Below the pieces are notes generated by a model. The model searched no databases, was not told the DNA's origin, and saw nothing but the letters and a program-made list of their open reading frames with translations. This document shows positions 63,681 to 64,000 of a stretch of 64,000 nucleotides of DNA, piece by piece (the stretch's first letter is position 1; every line of letters begins with the position of its first letter). Where the stretch lies: the NCBI GenBank assembly GCA_037447605.1, contig CM074817.1, forward strand, positions 744,001 through 808,000, given 5' to 3'. This stretch comes from Zygnema circumcarinatum SAG 698-1b (Eukaryota; Plantae; Zygnematophyceae). The position numbers were made by a program, and so were the translations under genes.

Positions 63681-63726
63681 GGGGCGAGGTCAGACATCTC
63701 TCTCTCTTTCTCTCTCTCTCTCTCTG

Positions 63727-63762
<36 letters not shown>

Positions 63763-63779
63763 TACCTCTCTCTACCTCG

Positions 63780-63812
<33 letters not shown>

Positions 63813-64000
63813 ACTACCTCTCTAACTCTCTCTCTCTCGCTCTCTCTCTCTCATCCTTGTCTCGCTTTCCCCAGTCTTCTCCTCCCGACCTCTACTTATA
63901 TTTGTATCTCACAACTGATCGACATTCTAACCCCCTCAGAATTCATGCTCTCATTTATTTTCAAGCTCACATCCACACTTCGAAAGGAAACGAAAAACTA

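Overview
Eukaryotic, intron-rich nuclear DNA of a green plant-lineage organism, most likely a streptophyte (charophyte) alga. This is inferred from the land-plant-like proteins and is not proven. Introns are packed with (CT/GA)n and telomere-like microsatellites, so most long ORFs in the track are repeat artefacts. Recognisable genes, left to right: 3' exons of acetyl-CoA synthetase (+, runs into a 100-N gap), SQD1 (-), tRNA-Lys(CTT), BUB3 (-), an SGNH-hydrolase-like gene (+), CYP97B (+), a Sec14-nodulin/SFH protein (+), a paladin-like triple-PTP-domain protein (-), a DEAH4-like RNA helicase (-), an intronless GT-A-type glycosyltransferase (+) and an unidentified gene at the right edge. Two exact direct duplications flank 10-N gaps and are probably scaffolding artefacts. 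The most unusual signals are: a 3.2-kb helicase intron containing a telomere-variant mosaic with no GA dinucleotide; long TTAGGG arrays near gene starts; a telomere-capped 339-bp satellite in an SQD1 intron; an intronless, possibly transferred glycosyltransferase; a 589-bp TIR element; helically phased GTAC motifs upstream of CYP97B; a CGGGCAG motif cluster upstream of SFH; microsatellites translated in frame; and sharp exon-to-exon GC3 switching. No prokaryotic-type system or CRISPR array is present.
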